From Deltaproteobacteria bacterium (lineage in GTDB: Bacteria > Desulfobacterota > Binatia > UBA12015): a DNA stretch of 55,272 nt. The notes under the pieces were generated by a model, which saw nothing but the letters and a program-made list of their open reading frames with translations, did not search any database and was not told the origin of the DNA. Each line of letters opens with the position of its first letter. Position 1 is the stretch's first letter. The translations under genes were made by a program, and so were the position numbers. The stretch is from the NCBI GenBank assembly GCA_046583355.1, contig JAYGCM010000047.1, forward strand, positions 1 through 55,272. Direction: 5' to 3'. Positions 52,088 through 55,272 of this stretch are shown here, in pieces.

Positions 52088-53131
52088 ATGGCAAAGCCAA
52101 CTGAGTCTTCGAGTAAACTCATACAACTACCCCAAGCCCGCAGCGCTCAACCACCGAAACCTGGGGGAGACCACGACGCCCGCTTCATCCACCCGGACGT
52201 CGTCTACCACTGCATCCTGCGAACCGTGCGCGGCACCTATCTGCTCCGCCCCGACCGTGCGGGCCAGGTCGAGCAGATAATCGGCGGCGTCATGAAGCGC
52301 GCGAAAGAACTCTATCCGGACGTCGAGGTCTTCAGCGATGCCTGGCTCTCGAACCACGCACACCTACTCGTCCGGGGACCACCCAAGCAGATCCCATTCT
52401 TCATCGGCTTCCTCAAGCGTGAGGTGTCCAGACGGCTGAGCAAGGTCTTGGGCTGGAGCGATGGCATTTTCCGCCGTGGCTACAATCCCACAGCCTTGCT
52501 CTCTCCCCAGTCGCAACGCAATGCCCAGACCTACGTCCTCTCGCAGGGCGTCAAGGAGAACCTCGTCCAGCGCCCCCAGCAGTGGCCCGGTACCCATAGC
52601 GCCAAGGAGCTCTCAACCGGCAAACCCCGCTACGGCATCTGGTTCGACGGCACCGGCTACGCTCGCGCTAAGCACAAATATCACGCCCGGGTACAACGCG
52701 GAAAGCCACCCAACCCTCGTGATTTCGAGCATAAAACCGAGTTCCTTTTCGACCGCTTGCCCGCCCTCCAGGACCTCTCAGACAAGGAACACCAAGCGTA
52801 TATCAACTTAGAGCTTGAGAAGATCGTGCAGACAGCGGCGGATACGAGGCGCGCCACAGGCAAGAAAATCCTCGGACGCCGCGCCGTATATGCGACCTCG
52901 CCGTTCGCGCGCTCGGAGTTGCCCGAGCAGCCACCTCACGAAAAGCGGCGCAGAATGATCATCTGGGACGACCGGCGCTGCCCGGAGGCCCGGGCCTACC
53001 TTGAGCAATACCGGCGCTTCCAGGATGCCTACAGGCGCGCCTCGAAGCTCTTCCGCGACGGCAACCTCAACGCGGTCTTTCCGCCAGGTGCATTTCGACC
53101 ACCCAGCTTCGCCGTCGCCCTCGCCGCTTAG
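52088..53131 (+). mobile_element. HUH (Y1) tyrosine transposase, RAYT-like
   Basis: VYHCILRT, LSNHAHLL (HUH), YVLSQGVKENLVQRPQQWPG, C-terminal AVFPPGAF. Confidence 0.85.
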
Positions 53132-53219
53132 AGTCAGGCCGAGCAAGCCGCCACGCCGACCGCCTCGCTTCTCACTACACGGGAAGCACGAAGGCCAAAC
53201 TGCGCCCGGCAAGACGCTC

Positions 53220-53349
53220 TGAAACAAAACGTTGCACAAAAATAAGGTTTCTCGGGACTTTTCCCCGGCGGTGCGGCCTCCCCCGCTCGCCGCAACAGAG
53301 CCCCCACCATGGATTTGCGTCCCCACGAAAAAAGGCTGGGGAAGGTTCC
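53220..53349. repeat. Right flank of the HUH transposase, inverted copies of left-flank motifs
   Basis: TGAAACA-AAAC-GTTGCA (53220-53236), GGACTTTTCCCCGGCG (53255) and GGGGAAGGTTCC (53338). Confidence 0.6.
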
Positions 53350-53364
53350 TCTTCGTTTGTTTTC

Positions 53365-53874
53365 CTAGGGGAAATCGCGGTTCATTACTGTTTTTCGTTC
53401 GGAGGCTGCGGCGCGGTGGATGGCTTCGTCGCAGAGGTCGCGGATCGCGTCGGAGAGGGTGACGAGGACGCCTTCGGAGGTCTTCATGCCGGAGCGCGCT
53501 CGGATATATGCTTTGAGTTTGGAGGCGACGACCAGGATATCGTGCGGAATCTCGTCGTCGCTCAGAGTGATCGTGATGGGCGTGGGCTCTTCGGCCGTCA
53601 CCGGAGCGTGCGCCGGGGCGCTGCGGGGTGGAGTCGCTTGGGGCTGTCGTGGTGGCGGTGCCGCCGGAGGAGCTTCCGCCGGCGCGCGTCGCTCGGCCGC
53701 CCACGCTTCGCGGTGACGCAAGATCGGCACATGAATCTCCCAGCACTCGATCGTGCAGAACGAGAAATCGGTGCCCTTGCGGTTGCAGGTCGAGACCGAG
53801 CAGACGTAATAATCAGAACCGAAATCGATATCGCCCTTGCAGGAATTACAGCGCTTGAAAAATGAGCCTTCCAT
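53365..53874 (-). CDS. Zinc-finger / bacterial histone-fold fusion protein (ZZ-histone-like)
   Basis: GGGGAGG RBS; CNSC..CSVSTC..CTIEC..H..H; Pro/Ala linker; ILVVASKLKAYIRARSGMKTS..LSDAIRDLCDEAI..ERKTVMNRDF. Confidence 0.85.
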   Translation of the reverse strand: MEGSFFKRCNSCKGDIDFGSDYYVCSVSTCNRKGTDFSFCTIECWEIHVPILRHREAWAAERRAPAEAPPAAPPPRQPQATPPRSAPAHAPVTAEEPTPITITLSDDEIPHDILVVASKLKAYIRARSGMKTSEGVLVTLSDAIRDLCDEAIHRAAASERKTVMNRDFP

Positions 53875-53921
53875 GGGAACCTCCCCTTCTTGGGATTCGT
53901 ACCACCCGCCCACGCGACCGC

Positions 53922-54743
53922 TCAACCCTTTTGCGGCGCAGGCGGGACAAAGGCCGGGAAGAACGATTGCTGATATTCCTCCTCCGTGCCCGCGCGCCAG
54001 CTCTGCAACATTGCGTCACCCAACGAGTCGCATGAGACCTTGAGCGGCGCTGCGTCGTCGAGCACCGCAGCGACGATGCGCTCTGCGGCCGAGGCGACCG
54101 TGGCCTTGGCGGACTCCACACTCAGGCGGCCCGCGTGACCGAACGCGGCGGCTTCGCGGTAGTCGGGAAAATCCATGGCGCGTGGCTCGCGCCCGGAGGC
54201 CGCGAACATATCGGTGTCCACAGGCCCTGGCAGAACCTCAAGCAGGCGGATCCCGAACGGAGCCAACTCACAGCGCAACGACTCGCCCAAAGCCGCGACC
54301 GCCGCCTTGCTGGCTCGGTAAAGGGCATAAAAAGGAACCGGTGCCAGCACCGAAATCGAGGTCACATTCGCGATCACACCACCGCCCGATGCGCGAAGCG
54401 CCGGAATCGCAGCCTGCGTCACAGCCGCCAGCCCGAAGAAATTGGTCTCGAAGACCTGACGCCAGGTCTCCAGCGAATCATGTTCAAAAGGAAGGTGCCC
54501 ATCATCGGCGCCCGCGTTGTTCACCAATACGCGCAATCCGTCCGGCATGACGATGGTCTCGGGGCGCGTCACATCCAGCTCGACGACGCGGATCCCCTCA
54601 TGCGCGGCGGCCAACTCCGCCCCACGCGCCGGATCCCGCATCGTCGCCCAGACCTCAAAGCCATGCTGCGCAAGCGCAAGCGCCGTTGCCCGACCGATCC
54701 CCCGACTCGCACCCGTAACCAGGGCCTTTCCTTTTGCCTTCAT
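53922..54743 (-). CDS. SDR-family oxidoreductase
   Basis: VTGASRGIG, NNAG, YRASK, LPGPVDT. Confidence 0.92.
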   Translation of the reverse strand: MKAKGKALVTGASRGIGRATALALAQHGFEVWATMRDPARGAELAAAHEGIRVVELDVTRPETIVMPDGLRVLVNNAGADDGHLPFEHDSLETWRQVFETNFFGLAAVTQAAIPALRASGGGVIANVTSISVLAPVPFYALYRASKAAVAALGESLRCELAPFGIRLLEVLPGPVDTDMFAASGREPRAMDFPDYREAAAFGHAGRLSVESAKATVASAAERIVAAVLDDAAPLKVSCDSLGDAMLQSWRAGTEEEYQQSFFPAFVPPAPQKG

Positions 54744-54888
54744 GACCCCCGCGCTAACACGGTCTACCGCGATCCCGAAGACCGGCATCGCTTCACGACA
54801 ACCCGGCGCACCTGTTCAAGCTTGCAGCAACAATCCCGTGGGGTGCGGCGGCTTTCCTGCCGATGCGAGGCGGGCTAGAAAGCGAGCC

Positions 54889-55272
54889 GTGAGTTGGAAA
54901 AACGAAGTCGAGCGGATCGAGAGGCAACGTCAGCTGGCTCTCGAGTTGGGGGGCACCGAAGCCGTCGCGAAGCAGCATGCGCGGGGGCGGCTTACGATCC
55001 GGGAGCGGGTGGCGAAGGTCACCGACGCCGGCAGCTTTGATGAGGTTGGCGGATTGGCGGGCCACGCCGAGATTGACGACGAGGGCAACCTGATCTCGTT
55101 CTCGCCCGGGAATTTCGTCCTTGGCACGGGCCTGGTCGGTGGCCGCCGCTGCGTGATCGGCGGCGAGGATTTCACCCAGCGCGGTGGCTCGCCGACGCCG
55201 GCAGGTTTGCGCAAAAGCATCTACTCCGAGGATCTCGCATTGGAGCTGAAGTTGCCGCTGGTGCGCTTCATC
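54889..55272 (+). CDS. Acyl-CoA carboxylase, carboxyltransferase subunit (partial, runs off the right edge)
   Basis: Hand translation from GTG: MSWKNEVERIERQRQLALELGGTEAVAKQHARGRLTIRERV..DAGSFDEVG..GGEDFTQRGGS. Confidence 0.88.
   Translation, partial: MSWKNEVERIERQRQLALELGGTEAVAKQHARGRLTIRERVAKVTDAGSFDEVGGLAGHAEIDDEGNLISFSPGNFVLGTGLVGGRRCVIGGEDFTQRGGSPTPAGLRKSIYSEDLALELKLPLVRFI

Noticed and set aside
53876..53886. Additional GGAACCTCCCC motif copy
   Set aside because: It coincides with the histone gene RBS (GGGGAGG) and is probably a chance match.

Overview
High-GC bacterial chromosomal window. The gene content (zinc-finger histone, class II aldolase, tandem EthD protein, Thr-type sulfatase, large PurL) suggests a Myxococcota- or Binatota-like deltaproteobacterium; this is inference only. 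Most of the window is housekeeping and envelope genes: mrp/apbC, aroC, pabB with a class IV aminotransferase and ABC-F, uvrA, purB, purL, a TonB receptor with a lipoprotein, and a six-gene sugar-modification operon. The most unusual region is 5981-7356. It holds a candidate leader peptide with mutually exclusive antiterminator/terminator hairpins ahead of a small XRE-HTH gene, an array of five purine/GGA-loop hairpins, and a convergent second XRE-HTH gene behind a textbook sigma54 promoter with phased upstream repeats. Other notable elements are an RHS/YD lipoprotein running off the left edge (absent from the ORF track), a monoheme cytochrome-porin fusion, a RAYT-like HUH transposase with REP-like flanks next to a zinc-finger/histone-fold gene, and four decayed loci (vapBC remnant, IS1202-like remnant, GST fragment, NylB-like hydrolase). 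I found no tRNA, rRNA or CRISPR array. All family assignments come from motif recognition by eye, not from database searches.
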